A stretch of DNA of 64,000 bases from Chrysomallon squamiferum (Eukaryota; Animalia; Mollusca): positions 35,836,001 through 35,900,000 of the forward strand of contig CM022665.1 of the NCBI GenBank assembly GCA_012295275.1, read 5' to 3'. Positions within the stretch are counted from its first letter, which is position 1. Every line of letters starts with the position of its first letter. A program made the position numbers and the translations under genes. This document shows, one piece after another, positions 12,032 to 25,492 of the stretch. The notes below the pieces were generated by a model. It was not told the origin of the DNA. It ran no database searches and saw nothing but the letters and a program-made list of their open reading frames with translations.

Positions 12032-13110
12032 CAAAAAACTAAATATTCTATCCTGATTATATTACACGAATATATAATTATGCATAAAATTATATTGTTT
12101 GATTTCTGTCATATGTTGCATTCGTGACTGTATGATCTGAATTTTCAAATTTGCAAGGAATGAAGCTGCAATATATAAAAACTAAATCAGTAAATGATAC
12201 GACTCTTTTATCAGTTATACAAATGAAGTTGGAATAAATGCTAGCCATATATATACAGATGGAATACAAAATGTTCAGCCCTATTATCTCTATTAAATCT
12301 TTTATATTTCTAGTTTAATGAGGATAGCACAGAAGAAACATGTAATCTGAAAAGAAAAACATTTCGCACATAATCGAACTTTTATTATATACAAAAACAA
12401 AACATTAATGATTATTCCTACCAAAAATTCATCTATCACAACCAGTTCCTTTTGTATACTTACTTATATACTACAACCCTATTCCTGGTTATTTTGAATA
12501 TTTACGATTTCATACTAATTCTACGGTAGTCGAGCGAAATGACAATAAATTACATTTAGTTACGTATTTCTTTTATCAAGTGTGAACAATGTAGCAACCA
12601 CTTTATAACTATGTTAGCACGAATGAAATAATGAATGAATATTGGCTCAACGATACCTTTAAACTTCTTTACATTAATATTCAGAAGACGTCAGTGATAC
12701 AGTTCTTATATAATGATGCTATGATTCGCATTATTATCAATAAATTTATAAAACATATTTTTATTATTAATATTCAGAACTGTTTGTTAAAAAATTATTT
12801 ATATTAATGGTTAAAAGACATCAGTTATATAGTTCTTAATTAATGTTCAGAACTGTTGAACAATGCAAATGCACGCGATTATAACTGTCTACGAAGTGAT
12901 GTGAAACAAATTTATTCTTAAAACAGAAATAAAATAAGATCACATCGTGATAATAATACAGGTATGATTTCTTACACAAACCATTTTCTGGATCTACAAC
13001 ACTCAAATGAAGTTACAGAAAATATTTTGTACAATTTTAATTAGATTGTGTGGCTTCTGATTTCCACTGAAAACTAAATAAAGCTTTTCTATAATAATAA
13101 TAATAATAAT

Positions 13111-13143
<33 letters not shown>

Positions 13144-13636
13144 AATAATAATAATAATAATAATAATATTAATAATATTAATAATAATAATAATGATCTA
13201 GTTGTTGTTGAACTTTTCATGTTTTACAATTATTATTGTTATTATTACTATTATTACATCATCAAAATAAATATTCATAAAACATATACAAATATTTCAA
13301 TGATAATTTATGAAAGGTGATTATAATTTGTCCATCAGTCTTTTCTCACTATGACTTGTGGCGAAAAACAGTTTTCATACACAGCTTTTTTCTCTCTCTC
13401 TCTCTCTCTCTCTGTAATATTTAAATAAATAACGAGTCTAACTCCACAAATGACTACAGTCTCAACACAGTCTCAGTATTTAGGTCACATCAGCAATAAT
13501 GTTCGGACACAGAAATCTTTATTTTTGAATGAAACCATTACTTAAAGTTTTGAAATTATGAAGAAGAAGAAACAAATGATTTTCGTCGCACTAGTACAAG
13601 AAATGGAGCATTCCATTATTTAATTAATGTTTGTAT

Positions 13637-13894
13637 TCACAACGATGACGACGTCGGTGGATCGGCATCTACAACGTTAATTTCCTCGTTATCTTCAGTC
13701 TCTGAGCATGCGCTGTCGTGTCTTAAAGAGGAAGAGGGTGTGTCTCTGCCGTCATGGGCTCTTTCTGAAATGTCGTCGTTATCGTCCGACACGTTGTGTT
13801 TGTCTGGCGACGTGCTGCTGTCGTTGCTGTCACTGTTCGTTTTGCGTTGCAGCTTCTTCTGTTTCATTCTTCGATTTTGAAACCAGGTTTTTAC
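13637..13894 (-). CDS. Bsx: Bsx last coding exon (homeodomain helix 3 and acidic tail)
   Basis: Acceptor TTTTGCAG|GTAAAAACCTGG; [14 protein letters not shown]...PPTSSSL*. Confidence 0.95.
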   Translation of the reverse strand, partial: VKTWFQNRRMKQKKLQRKTNSDSNDSSTSPDKHNVSDDNDDISERAHDGRDTPSSSLRHDSACSETEDNEEINVVDADPPTSSSL

Positions 13895-14817
13895 CTGCAA
13901 AATAAAAAGATAAAAAAAACATGAAGATAAATAATTTATATAATAATCTACTGAACTTGTCTTTAATAATATTAAACTAGTTTAACTCATTTACGTGGTT
14001 TTTTTCTTATTCATTTGGATGACAGAAGAAGTTTAATATATTTTAGATATACACGCAAACGCATAAACACACATTTCTGCGCATGCTCCGATTCTACAAT
14101 GTGTTTTTAGTTCTGAGCTAAATACTTTCATTTATTACATTTGGATAAATTCATGCAGTGCTAAACAGCTTCATATAGTGTACTAGAATTACCTTTATTT
14201 TTCTTATTATAATTTGTTTTGTTTGTTTGATGTTTTATTTTATTTTATTTTATGATTTATATATTTATTTAACTTATTTATTTTGTTTTTGTTTGTTTGT
14301 TTATTTTTCTTTTAATTTTTCAAAGGCAACATAAAATGCATTCAAGAAATGTTTCCGACAGTTTGTTGGGATAATATTTCTTGCTTTGATTACTGTATGA
14401 AATAATCAACGAATGAATGAATTAGTATTTGCTTAGCCACATAGAACATTTAACAGTATAAACATTTGTGTATAATTTTGATATTAAAGAAATAATCACG
14501 TCATCGTGATGATTTTATAACAGTCATGGTGTAAACGGTGGTTTAGTTTTTAATTAAACACATTGCTGCTAAGTATTAATATATAACAGGTGCTAACAAT
14601 ATCTGTTTTTTCTTCAAAACACCCGTGATCAAATTAACATATATGTTGTCACCTTGTTCAGGTGTCAGTATTAGAAATAACAGGTCTTTGTAACAGAGGT
14701 TTTAACAGTTTTGTACTTCTACTACTAATAATGATGATGACGATGATGATTATGATGATGTTAATAATAATAATGATGATTTATGATCACGGTAGTGATA
14801 AAAGAATAGAGGTAAAC

Positions 14818-14869
<52 letters not shown>

Positions 14870-15338
14870 TATAATAATAATAATTATAATAAAGAAAACT
14901 TAAAAACAACACAGAAACGAAAAAGAGTTTTGATAAAAAATATAGATATTAAAAATATTATTTTCTCTTTTTATGATATTTTTATGTAGTGAAACTAAAC
15001 TAAATAAACAAACAAACGAACGAACAAACAAATTAATTAATTAATTAAAAAAATAATGAATTAAAAATTAGATAAAGAGTATAATTTTTTTTTATTATTA
15101 TTATTTACGGAAAATAATATACATTCTCTTATTTATCTTCATTTTTAAAATGATAATAGTATAATACTAAAAAAAAAACTAATAAATAAAGAATAATAAA
15201 ACATTTAAATGGGAAAGTAAAGCTCTGCCTCGTCGGCAATAATTATGAAACAGTTTTAAGTAGAGAAATAATACTAATTTCAGACAGTGATATCTTCTTA
15301 AGAAGAAACTCCAGAAAATCTATATGCATTCTTATATT

Positions 15339-15387
<49 letters not shown>

Positions 15388-16162
15388 AAAAATGGAAACG
15401 TTTATGTAATTAAATGGCGTTTATTAATATTCCTTTAGCAAAAAAGAAAAAGAAAAAAAAAAGAATAAGTAGAAAATAAATATACACATATTTGTTATTT
15501 CGACATTTACGTTTTCTTTCGCGACACCAAACAATACAAAAGCAAAAGAAAATAGGTATGATTTAAATGAATTAACTTATTTTGCTTTACAATTATTTTT
15601 TTTAATCCTGGTCTTTTTTCAATATAGTTCATGTCATTAATTATGTCTTACAATTTCCTTTTTATCTGTCTCCCTACAACTATTCATTATCTCTCTGAAT
15701 GGTTTTTATTGTTATTATTACGTATATGTATAAAAAAGGAAATTAGTTTTTTTTAAATAATATTTTTAATTAACTATGAAATATTATTAATGGAAAATAA
15801 TATAATAATTAAAATAATAGTATTTATATATTATATTTATGAACGCAGCAATAATTAACTGCTGAAATGAAAATAAACAATTCTGACGTATGTATAGTAT
15901 TGAAAACTAGAAATATAGTATTTCTTATATTTAAGAAATTATAACAATTAAAAAAGTATTTATATTATATTAACAAAATCAAAGCCAATAAAAAATTAAA
16001 AAACCCCAACAACAAAACATTTTCGACAGTCACATCTGCTTACGAAAAAAAACCTAACAACTCCATCCCATCATAATTAAATATAATATAATTTTATTTA
16101 TGAAAATCAATAATCACACACACACACACACACACACACAATTAATAAACACACACACATAC

Positions 16163-16193
<31 letters not shown>

Positions 16194-17549
16194 ACACACA
16201 CACACACACACATATATAGATAAATAAACACGCACACACACACATTCAAACATATAGCAAAATAAGAAACAGTTGTAAAAGAAAATTCATAACTACCCCG
16301 CCAAAAAATCCAAATCTTGTAAGTGAGACGGCGACAGTTACTTTATGTTACGTTAAAGAAAAACGTGTCATTCCCGACTCTTAAGAAATCGAAATATGTG
16401 ATTATAATTACACATCAGAATACAGCTCAGCTCAGACGGCGAGAGTTATACTTTATTACATGAAACAACAACACGTCATTCTTCGTATTTATAAAGATGA
16501 AAACTTATAATTACACAGATAAATAAAAACTTACAATTATATCACAAACAGAAACCTACAGTTCAGACGGAGACATTTTATTGTATGATGTATTTATAAA
16601 AATTTATAAAAATGAAAATTTGTAATTACAACTGAATATCAGAATCTATACATTAGCTAAAACATACATTTTAGACAGAGACAGTTACATTTTATTGTAT
16701 AATGTATTAATAAAAATTTATAAAAATCAAAACTTATAATTACAACTGAATATCACAATGTATACATTAGCCAGATCATACATTTCGGAAGGCGACGATT
16801 ACATTTTATTACATGATACATTTAACAAAATTCTTTGTATTAATTCTTAGTATTTACGTATGTCAACACTTATTGAATATTAGAATATATGTACTATATT
16901 AAAACACACTGTTCAGACGGCGACAATTACAATTTATTACGAGAATGTGGCAAGTTTATCGTTGTTCAATGTTCAGGAATGGCGCTTTCGTTCGCTCCAG
17001 TGAATGCCGTTTAAACACTTTGGACCTGGGAGAGTTCGCGGCACGCGGGCTGATAACGGCCAGTTTATCGGCTTAAAACGTCCAAAGAGGCTTATATCCC
17101 CTTTCTGATATTAGTAGTTAGCAGATAAACTGAATAAGATAACACGCGTTAACAGCCGTTTGATTGTCTAACAAGGGTAGTCGGGTGTATTTAAAACGAT
17201 CAAATGAATAAGTATGTAATTTGTTGTGTTTTATCAGTTATTCAGAAGTCTGAGAGTACATAACTTAGCTTTGGTATTGCTTGTATTCATAATTTCGATT
17301 TAGTCGAGTGGGTTTTGAGCTATTCCCCCCCCCTACCCTTTGGTTTTTTGTTTGTTGTTTTTTTTTGGGGGTTTGTTGTTGTTTTTTAAAGGTTTGGAAA
17401 AGGTGTAAAATTATAGTACGTGTCTTATGGCTTAAATATGAAATATGCCTTCATGTTTAGTTTTAACTAACAGAATGTCCGTAAATTGCTTAAATAGTCT
17501 TTACTAGTAGAAGTGACTTCCGTATGAATAAAATTATTACGATAAGATG

Positions 17550-17643
<94 letters not shown>

Positions 17644-18775
17644 ACATGTAATAATAATAAAACACATGTATAAATGTGTATGCGTCGGTATATATGTAAA
17701 GTCTATTTATACTGAAATAACTTTAGCTCACCTGTGTTTCTGACAGACTAAGTTGAGATGCAAGTTCCATCCTCTCAGGAGTGGACAGGTATCTCTGTGA
17801 CTCAAAACGTTTTTCCAGTCCGTTCAGCTGCTGGTCACTAAACACTGTCCTGGCTTTTCGTCTGCGGCAGTGTTTGCCTGGACTGTCGTGTTGGAAAAGA
17901 GGAGTGAGCGGCAAGCCTGAAAATATTATATTTTAAAATATAAGTTTGCTTTTCAAATAAATGCACACACATACAGACAGATAAATATACCGACAGACAG
18001 ACAGACATACATACAGATACAGAGGGAGATTTAAAAAAAACAGCAATGCATGCATAAAAATTCCAATTTTCTTCTTTTAATTCAATAAAATATTACATAT
18101 CCAAAATATAAATCTTTTGTGGTGATTTAACAGTTAACAATAAAAATCATAAAATGTATTTGTTAATATTATTTACACTTCCTTACTCATTTGTTGTATT
18201 TATCGTATTTATTTATTGTACTTATTTGTTTGTTTGTTTATTTATTTAAGTTTGTTTAGATATTTATATAACTTCATGTAACCCTTTTTCTCTTTCTTAA
18301 AAAACAGTTAATAACATTAATGTTGTATTATCCTTTTTTTAAATTATTATTTTCTTATTTATTTAAGCATTTTTAATAATAATAATGATAATGATGATGA
18401 AGACGATGATTTTGATTTTTCAACCAGTAATACTTTTACACCAACGACTACATGAACAAATTCTTGGCGTAAGTTCTAATCTATTATTACGAAGCTCCGC
18501 CCACATGTTCATCGATGTTTACTGAAGCATATACAATGCGGTTTCCCGACGCGCCGATTGCCAGTTGGAAATGTGTTTGATTGCAATTCGGCCGGCTAGC
18601 TCTGTAATATCACCTTTATACAATAATGTGGTGTTAGAGGCAATGCTTAAGAAGTTTTATCCTTTTTTCGTTCATTTATTGTAATTATTTTATCAATTAT
18701 TGTTTTTGTCCTATCATATTATAATTATTTTATTTTATTTTATTTATTTATTTATTTATTACTACTACTACCATA

Positions 18776-18831
<56 letters not shown>

Positions 18832-19089
18832 CACTACTGCTGCTGCTGCTACTACAGTATCTACTACTATATTTACTATTTATTTTTGTTATTTATTTAA
18901 ACCACGAGAAATTAAACATAAATGCTAATCAAACTAATAAAGCTAAACACAACTCTACATATAAATAAATAAAAATAAAATAAAATCAAATCAAATAAAT
19001 AAATAAAAACAGTAATGTTAAGAATAACTATAAAAATAATAACGAAGAGCAAAAAAATAAATATGATATTAAATTATTAATAATATTAA

Positions 19090-19149
<60 letters not shown>

Positions 19150-19494
19150 TGGGAATGTCGGTGAAAAATGTAATGTTTATTTTACCACAGAACTTTAAAA
19201 CATTGTAATTCAAATTTACATTTTAAATAAACAAACATTTTATCTTGTTTAAATAAATTAATAAATGTTTGTTTAAAATGTAAGTTTGAATTTTATTTAT
19301 TTATTTATTTATTCAATATCAATAAATGTTAATAAAAGAAAAAACGAATGTTTGATTTAAAAGTAAAATGTAAAACAGAAGTAAAAAAGTAATAAAGTCA
19401 GTAAAATAATAAAAGAATAAAATAATAACGGAAACATAAAAACAACAACAAACAAACTAACAAAAAATTAAAATTAAAATAAACAAATAAATGA

Positions 19495-19558
<64 letters not shown>

Positions 19559-20187
19559 GATTTTTATTTATTAATTTATTTACTTAGACTTTTTTGTTTG
19601 TTGCTGTTTTGTTTATATATATTCGGGACCTACCACCATGATTATAAAGAGAAGAATATATATATATATACAGACACATGTATATATAAACTGAAAATAT
19701 CAAAACAGTAATAAAATACAAAAATAATATTATAATAACAATAAAATAAAAAATAAAAGAGAAATGATAATTTTATTTTGTTACTGAAAAATAAAATAAC
19801 ATAATAATAATAATAATACTTATTATTATTATAATAATAACAATAACAATTATAATAATAATAATGAAGAAAACGAAGAAGAAAAATAGGAAAAACAGAA
19901 AAACACATAATATTTTTATTATACTCACTAGCAGTAGGGATGAAGAAAGCGGGATGATCTTGATGGTGTTTGGGCATGAAGCTGGCCCCGTGGGCTAGGA
20001 AGGGGTGGGTGTAGAACGCTGGGGCGCCGGAGACACACGCGTACCCATACTCGGGAAAAGCTGACCGAAGAGATGACACCGTACTGAAATCCCTGGCTAG
20101 CTGTTTGGGCTTGTTTAGAAGAATATCGTCAATGAAGAAAGATGTAGAACGATTTGTCTGAGGTTCAGAGAAAGCCGGAACGTTCAT
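13637..20187 (-). CDS. Bsx: Brain-specific homeobox protein, 3 coding exons: join(20187..19929, 17916..17732, 13894..13637), 233 aa
   Basis: N-terminal eh1 motif [10 protein letters not shown] followed by KPK, as in BSX. PGKHC precedes the homeodomain [60 protein letters not shown], which is near-identical to vertebrate BSX and Drosophila Bsh (Thr47). Introns are canonical GT-AG with compatible phases (1 and 0). The second intron sits at the homeodomain 44/45 position common in ANTP-class genes. Confidence 0.96.
16322..16945. repeat. Degenerate tandem repeat, about 6 units of 110-130 bp, in Bsx intron 2
   Basis: The core CAGACGGCGACAGTTACATTTTATTACATGA recurs near 16324, 16433, 16564, 16673, 16787 and 16914, mostly followed by AAAACTTATAATTACA-like blocks. 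Confidence 0.8.
17732..17916 (-). CDS. Bsx: Bsx middle coding exon (homeodomain helices 1-2)
   Basis: Acceptor TTTTCAG|GC, donor CAG|GTGAGC; [27 protein letters not shown]...SETQ. Confidence 0.96.
18759..18853. repeat. (ACT)n/(GCT)n trinucleotide microsatellite
   Basis: Direct reading. Similar tracts occur at about 29793-29853 and 44649-44728, and long (AAT)n tracts are scattered throughout the window. Confidence 0.93.
19929..20187 (-). CDS. Bsx: Bsx first coding exon (eh1 repression motif)
   Basis: AAAATG start; [28 protein letters not shown]...FFIPTA; donor A|GTGAGT at 19928. An acceptor TTCTCTTTTCAG at 20209, just upstream of the ATG, implies a further non-coding 5' exon. Confidence 0.93.
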
Positions 20188-20346
20188 TTTGTCTTGTCGG
20201 TTACAGTTCTGAAAAGAGAAATAATAATAATAAAATATATATATAGAAGAAGTAAAATAAATACTTTTTTTTTTTTTTTTAAGTAATAAGTATTATGTAC
20301 AAATACAAATATGAAATGTAATGAGGAAGTTACAAATATAGTTACT

Positions 20347-20439
<93 letters not shown>

Positions 20440-20455
20440 AGGTTAACCGAAATAA

Positions 20456-20497
<42 letters not shown>

Positions 20498-20672
20498 TAC
20501 ATTTGTATATATGAATACGTGTACTATTCTTGACTATTTATTATTACAGTTTAATAATTTTTTTGTCTTTAGTTTCCATAAAATAGAAAAATAAATGTAC
20601 AAATATAAATAATAATGTAATGAAAGTAAAAAAGAAGGCATTAATATATCAACAAAGTTACGAAAAGGCAAA

Positions 20673-20727
<55 letters not shown>

Positions 20728-21364
20728 AATATAATTAATATGTGAATAATAAAAAGACTAAAATAAAACAAAATAATAATAATAAAATGTACAATAATAT
20801 TAATCAATTTCGCATGCTTAGTTAGTAACCGTTTTCGTTTTGAAAAGTTTAATAAATAATTAAATAAATATTTCGATATAGTACAATTAACAACGAATAT
20901 AACTATTCGAGGCATCATAAAAAATAATATTTTGAAACAATACTAGCTCAAAAAACTATTTTGTAAAAATCTGCTGAAGAATTTCGCCCCAAAAATACAA
21001 CATAATGTTACTGTTTATTTAAAACGAAAATTTAAAAGGAATGACTGATTAACGATAGTCTAGCAGAAAGAAAATTACTTTTGTACGTTAACAAACTAAT
21101 GAAAGCAAATATATATTATAATACTGTAAGAACTTTAAAATCTAACGAAAGAAAATGAGTATGTTGGAAGAAATGATATATATATATATATACATATATA
21201 TATTCATAGTGAATAGAAAGGAAAAATATTTGAAAGAACAAAATATTTGAAATATTATTGGTATTTAATGTTTTAGCTTGAAGTAAATCTGGATATAACC
21301 AAATAAACAAACATCCTCTCCCACTCCATCCTAGCAAAAAGTCAGGAAAAAAAATAAAATAAAA

Positions 21365-21399
<35 letters not shown>

Positions 21400-21617
21400 A
21401 TACAAATATATTAATAAAAAAAATAACAACACCAAAACAAATACATAAAATTAATGTTCTCTCAATTTCTCAGTGAAATATATTTATTCAAAATAAATAA
21501 AAAATGAAATATATTTTTACATTTTATAATACCGTCTAAAATACATCTAACCTAAAAAAAATATAATCAGAAACATCAGTTCCCACTAAAACAGTATCAC
21601 AACACTATGTATACAAA

Positions 21618-21860
21618 CCTTTGTTATCAGAATCGAACACTGAACAAAAAAATTCTTAACAAAATTCTACAATTATTACACACGTGCTTGAAGTTAGTCC
21701 AGCTGGTTTGGACGGACGCCCTATGAAGAATACCCAACTATTTACTGTTAGATTATCGCGAAGATGTTTAATGTCGCCGACTGTCTCTCTAGAGAATCAG
21801 CTGTTATCGTCACAATATAACTCTTAAATTAGTTAATTATAATACACTGGTGTTTGGCTC
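21618..21860 (-). promoter_or_regulatory. Candidate Bsx promoter and non-coding first exon
   Basis: First complex, CpG-containing island upstream of the 20209 acceptor. A possible donor AAG|GTTTGT lies at about 21618 and TATA-like A/T boxes at about 21815-21845. This is inference only. Confidence 0.35.
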
Positions 21861-21909
21861 TCACAAGCTTTGCTCCACCTTCTCGTTTGCATGAACATGA
21901 CAAATTTTC

Positions 21910-22870
21910 TCGCAGACATAATGTACCGCGATGGCTGAGATTTTGTCGCAGCATTTTTAACTAGCGCAGTTTTGTTCTTGTTTGTTTCATTTGCGAAGAC
22001 GTCAGATGAAGATTTAGAAATTTCGTTGAAATGGCTTTTGAAGATAATTTATATGATTATTTTGTAAATATAATAATGCATGATGATTCTAAGATTTGTT
22101 CACTGCATATATAACTAGCGGAGTTCTGTTTGTATCTTTGTTTTGATACAGAACACGTCAAAGGAAAATTTATAATTTTTGTTGAAACGGCTTTTGAAGA
22201 TTACTTATATGGTTATTTCGTAGATATAATAATGCACGGTGATACCTTATGTTTCTCAGTTTTTAAATAGCGGCGTTTTGTTCTGGTTTGTTTTATTTGA
22301 GAAGACGTCAAATTAAATTCAGAAAGTTAGTGAAAACGGCTTTTAGGTCTTGAAGACATAATAATGCACAGCAGATGAAAATTTACAATTATTTATGAAA
22401 ACGGTTTTTAGATATGATTATTTCGTAGATATAAGAATGCATTGCAGTGCTTCAGAATACGTCCAGAATATTTAACTAGATGTATTTTGTTTCGATTTCG
22501 AAAATGTCAAAAGCAATTCAGAAATTAAAAAGAAAAAGAAAAAAAAAGGGATTTTGAAGATAATTTTTATGATTATTTAGCAGATGTAAGAAATATTTAT
22601 CAGTTATACCTGAAACTCACAGCGTATTAGAATAGCTACGTTTGTTTATTGCTGTTACGAAAATATCATATTCAAATTTTAGGCTCTTTTTTTCATGCAA
22701 AAGCTTTTTGAAAAATAAAAATTACGCATAATTCAGATAAAGTTATGTGACAAAACATTACATTGTCAGGGCATATTTTTAAATAGCTGGATGTATTTCC
22801 TGTTTCTTTCTTTCTTTCTCGTTTTGGAAACAGACTTCAAATGAAAATATACAAATTCTGAGAAAGTATT
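21910..22870. repeat. Degenerate tandem repeat, about 6-7 units of roughly 150 bp, upstream of Bsx
   Basis: Recurring blocks ATAATGCA..TTTTAACTAGCG..TTTTGTTC..GAAGACGTCA..AAATTT..GAAA(T/C)GGCTTTTGAAGAT..ATATGATTATTT, decaying rightwards. Confidence 0.85.
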
Positions 22871-24831
22871 TTTAGAAACTGTTATATTAAATATATAATA
22901 AATAATGTAAATAATGTAAATTAGCTGATTACAAAAAGGTGAATTTTAAATTTTAAAATTTTATTGAGAATATGATGTCACTACGTATTAATTTTGCTGA
23001 GTTCTTTTATTCTATGCTTTTTTTTTTAAATTATTATTTCTGGAAATACAGCATAAAATTATTAATTCTTGCTAAGATATTACGTGACATTTTTGAAAAT
23101 TTTAAAATATAACTATAGAAAACGTACCATTAAGGTACATAGATTTTATAACGTTAATATGTTTTCAGTTTTTATTTATTTTGTGAATACATTTGGAAAA
23201 TTTAGAGAAATGGCTTTTGAAAATGTCTGATTAGTAAATTAATTATTTAATTTGGCATATATAGAACACAAAATGTTACTGCATTTAACTGAAAAAATAA
23301 ACTAAAAATTAACAGAGTTAATTAGGAAATAATTTTTAGCTAAATTTATCATTATTTCATTGTTTATGTGATTTTTATTTTGAAAGCCATAGCATCTTTT
23401 TGTGTGGAAAATGCCCTGACGTAGCAAAAGTGTGTTTTGAAAACGTATAATTTATTTAAAAGCTCATTACAAAGGCATATTTAACATTATATCTAGCAAA
23501 TTAGAACATTTTTGTAACACCTACATGATTATGATTATTTTATACTTAATAGAATTAAATTCTGCAAACTAATTGCTCTATTGTTACAATAATATTTGTA
23601 TTTCAGTGAGTGGGTGTTTGTATAACACGAGTAATTTACATTCCAATTAGATATATATTTATCTGTTCAACAGTAAAACATAATTTAAATACACACAAAC
23701 ATATATACTAGTGGAATTAACAGCTCATAATATTTAATAAGTATTCATTAAAAAAATAATAATAAATAAAAAAAAGGCTGACAAACAAAAATGAAATATA
23801 ATGAAATAAAATATACAATAAAGGAAAACAAACAAACGAATTAATTAAACTCTGTGGCTTTAACCAATTTTCTTTCACTTTACCGAAATAAAATGTTATT
23901 ACTAGTCTATTTAATATCGTTAAAACGTTCGCCTTATGAGCTTCGGGTCCTAATATCAGTTCTCGTTAAAACACAGAATGGATACATTTTTGTTCCATTC
24001 TGTATCAAACTCCTGGCCTGAGTTTGTTTTCCTCTTGATTTAAAGATGCAAAAATGTAAAATAATTTTTTTTTAATAGAGTAAAGGTTTTCTTCAAGATG
24101 TTCTGACAATAACTGCATGTTATGGTGTAGGAGACTGAACTACTAAAACTATTTTAAATATTGTAAATATTTGACGAGTTGTTGTTTATGTGTTAACAGA
24201 AAATTTATGCATTCGACAAACGCCACAATGACAAATAATTTAGAATTTAATTAAATTTAATGTGCAAATTGGTTTTGTGATTAGGTTAAATACGTTAAGT
24301 ATATGGGGATTATTTGAATAGGTCTGTTTTATTTAATTTTGTTTGTTTTGTTTGTTATTTTCTGTTAGTTTATTTTTGTATATTTTTATTTATTATTATT
24401 ATTTCTATTTTACTACATGTTTTTATTCATTTGTTTTAATTGAGTATTTCAGAATTTTATTTTTATGTATTTGTACATTATATATTATTTTATTTTATTG
24501 ATAATGTGAATAAATTAAAAAAATAATAAAAAAAATAAAAAAATAAATAAATGAAAAATAAAAATAAAGAAAACAAAATAATACTAAAAAAAATAATTTT
24601 ATTATAATTATAATTTTATCATGTATTTTTGTTTATAAAATAAATATCTGATATATTTCTAAATTCTTGTAATAATCAATTAAATAAAAAGAAAAAGCTG
24701 AATTATTTTTATTATTATACGGCTTTCCTCTCCTTCACTGTAGTGAGGCCAATATATAATACCAAAAAATATTTTCTGTAGTAAGTGTTTGAAGTAAATA
24801 ACCATCTGAAAACCAGTTCAGAATGTAATTG

Positions 24832-24914
<83 letters not shown>

Positions 24915-25391
24915 ATATATGAAAAGTAATGTAATTTGAATTATTAATCCTTATTTTATTACGTATATATGTACAAAACTGATCCGATTTAGCGACATGA
25001 AACGAAATTACTTTAGATACATTGTGTGATAATTGTTTGCTATACATTATTTCACGTTAATGCAATAAGAATAGTAAAAAAAAAAAAAAAAAGAAGAAGA
25101 AGAAAACACTTTATCGTCATCATTTTGTCATTTTATGCAGGTGCCAGGGCGTGATGAAACAAAGTATCAGAAAGCATTTTCATTAATAATTGTTTGAAAT
25201 AAATAATTTTGCTGAAAACTAATTTTGAATGATACAACAAAATATAAAAATGAATACATAAAAAAGAAGGTGAAAATTTGACTAATTATCGTCATCATTT
25301 CACTGTTTTTTACTTCAGATTGTTTACAGTATGATAACTCGAAATGCCACAAAAAACCATTTAATAAACATTTGAAATATATATATGTGTG

Positions 25392-25492
<101 letters not shown>

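Noticed and set aside
12670-12860. Short local direct repeats (ATTAATATTCAGAA, AAGAC(G/A)TCAGT) in the presumed Bsx 3' region
   Set aside because: Small AT-rich local duplication with no evidence of function.
16322-16945. Repeat-spacer-like periodicity suggestive of a CRISPR array
   Set aside because: The units are degenerate along their whole length, the 'spacers' are related to each other, there are no cas genes, and the locus is a eukaryotic intron. It is an ordinary tandem repeat.
19642-19928. C-terminal half of the 181-aa ORF 19642-20187
   Set aside because: Read-through into intron 1 past the GTGAGT donor; the Y/F/I-rich translation comes from (TTA)n low complexity.
20184-20918. ORFs with poly-(SL), poly-(ER) and FIYL repeats (also at 17467, 25167, 25389, 30660-30977, 44576, 54198, 58693, 60879)
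   Set aside because: Translations of (AG)n, (AC)n, (AAT)n and (AAAT)n microsatellites.
23973-24003. Perfect 10-bp stem ACAGAATGGA/TCCATTCTGT
   Set aside because: Too short for a pre-miRNA and lies in what looks like a decayed SINE-like stretch; no further support.
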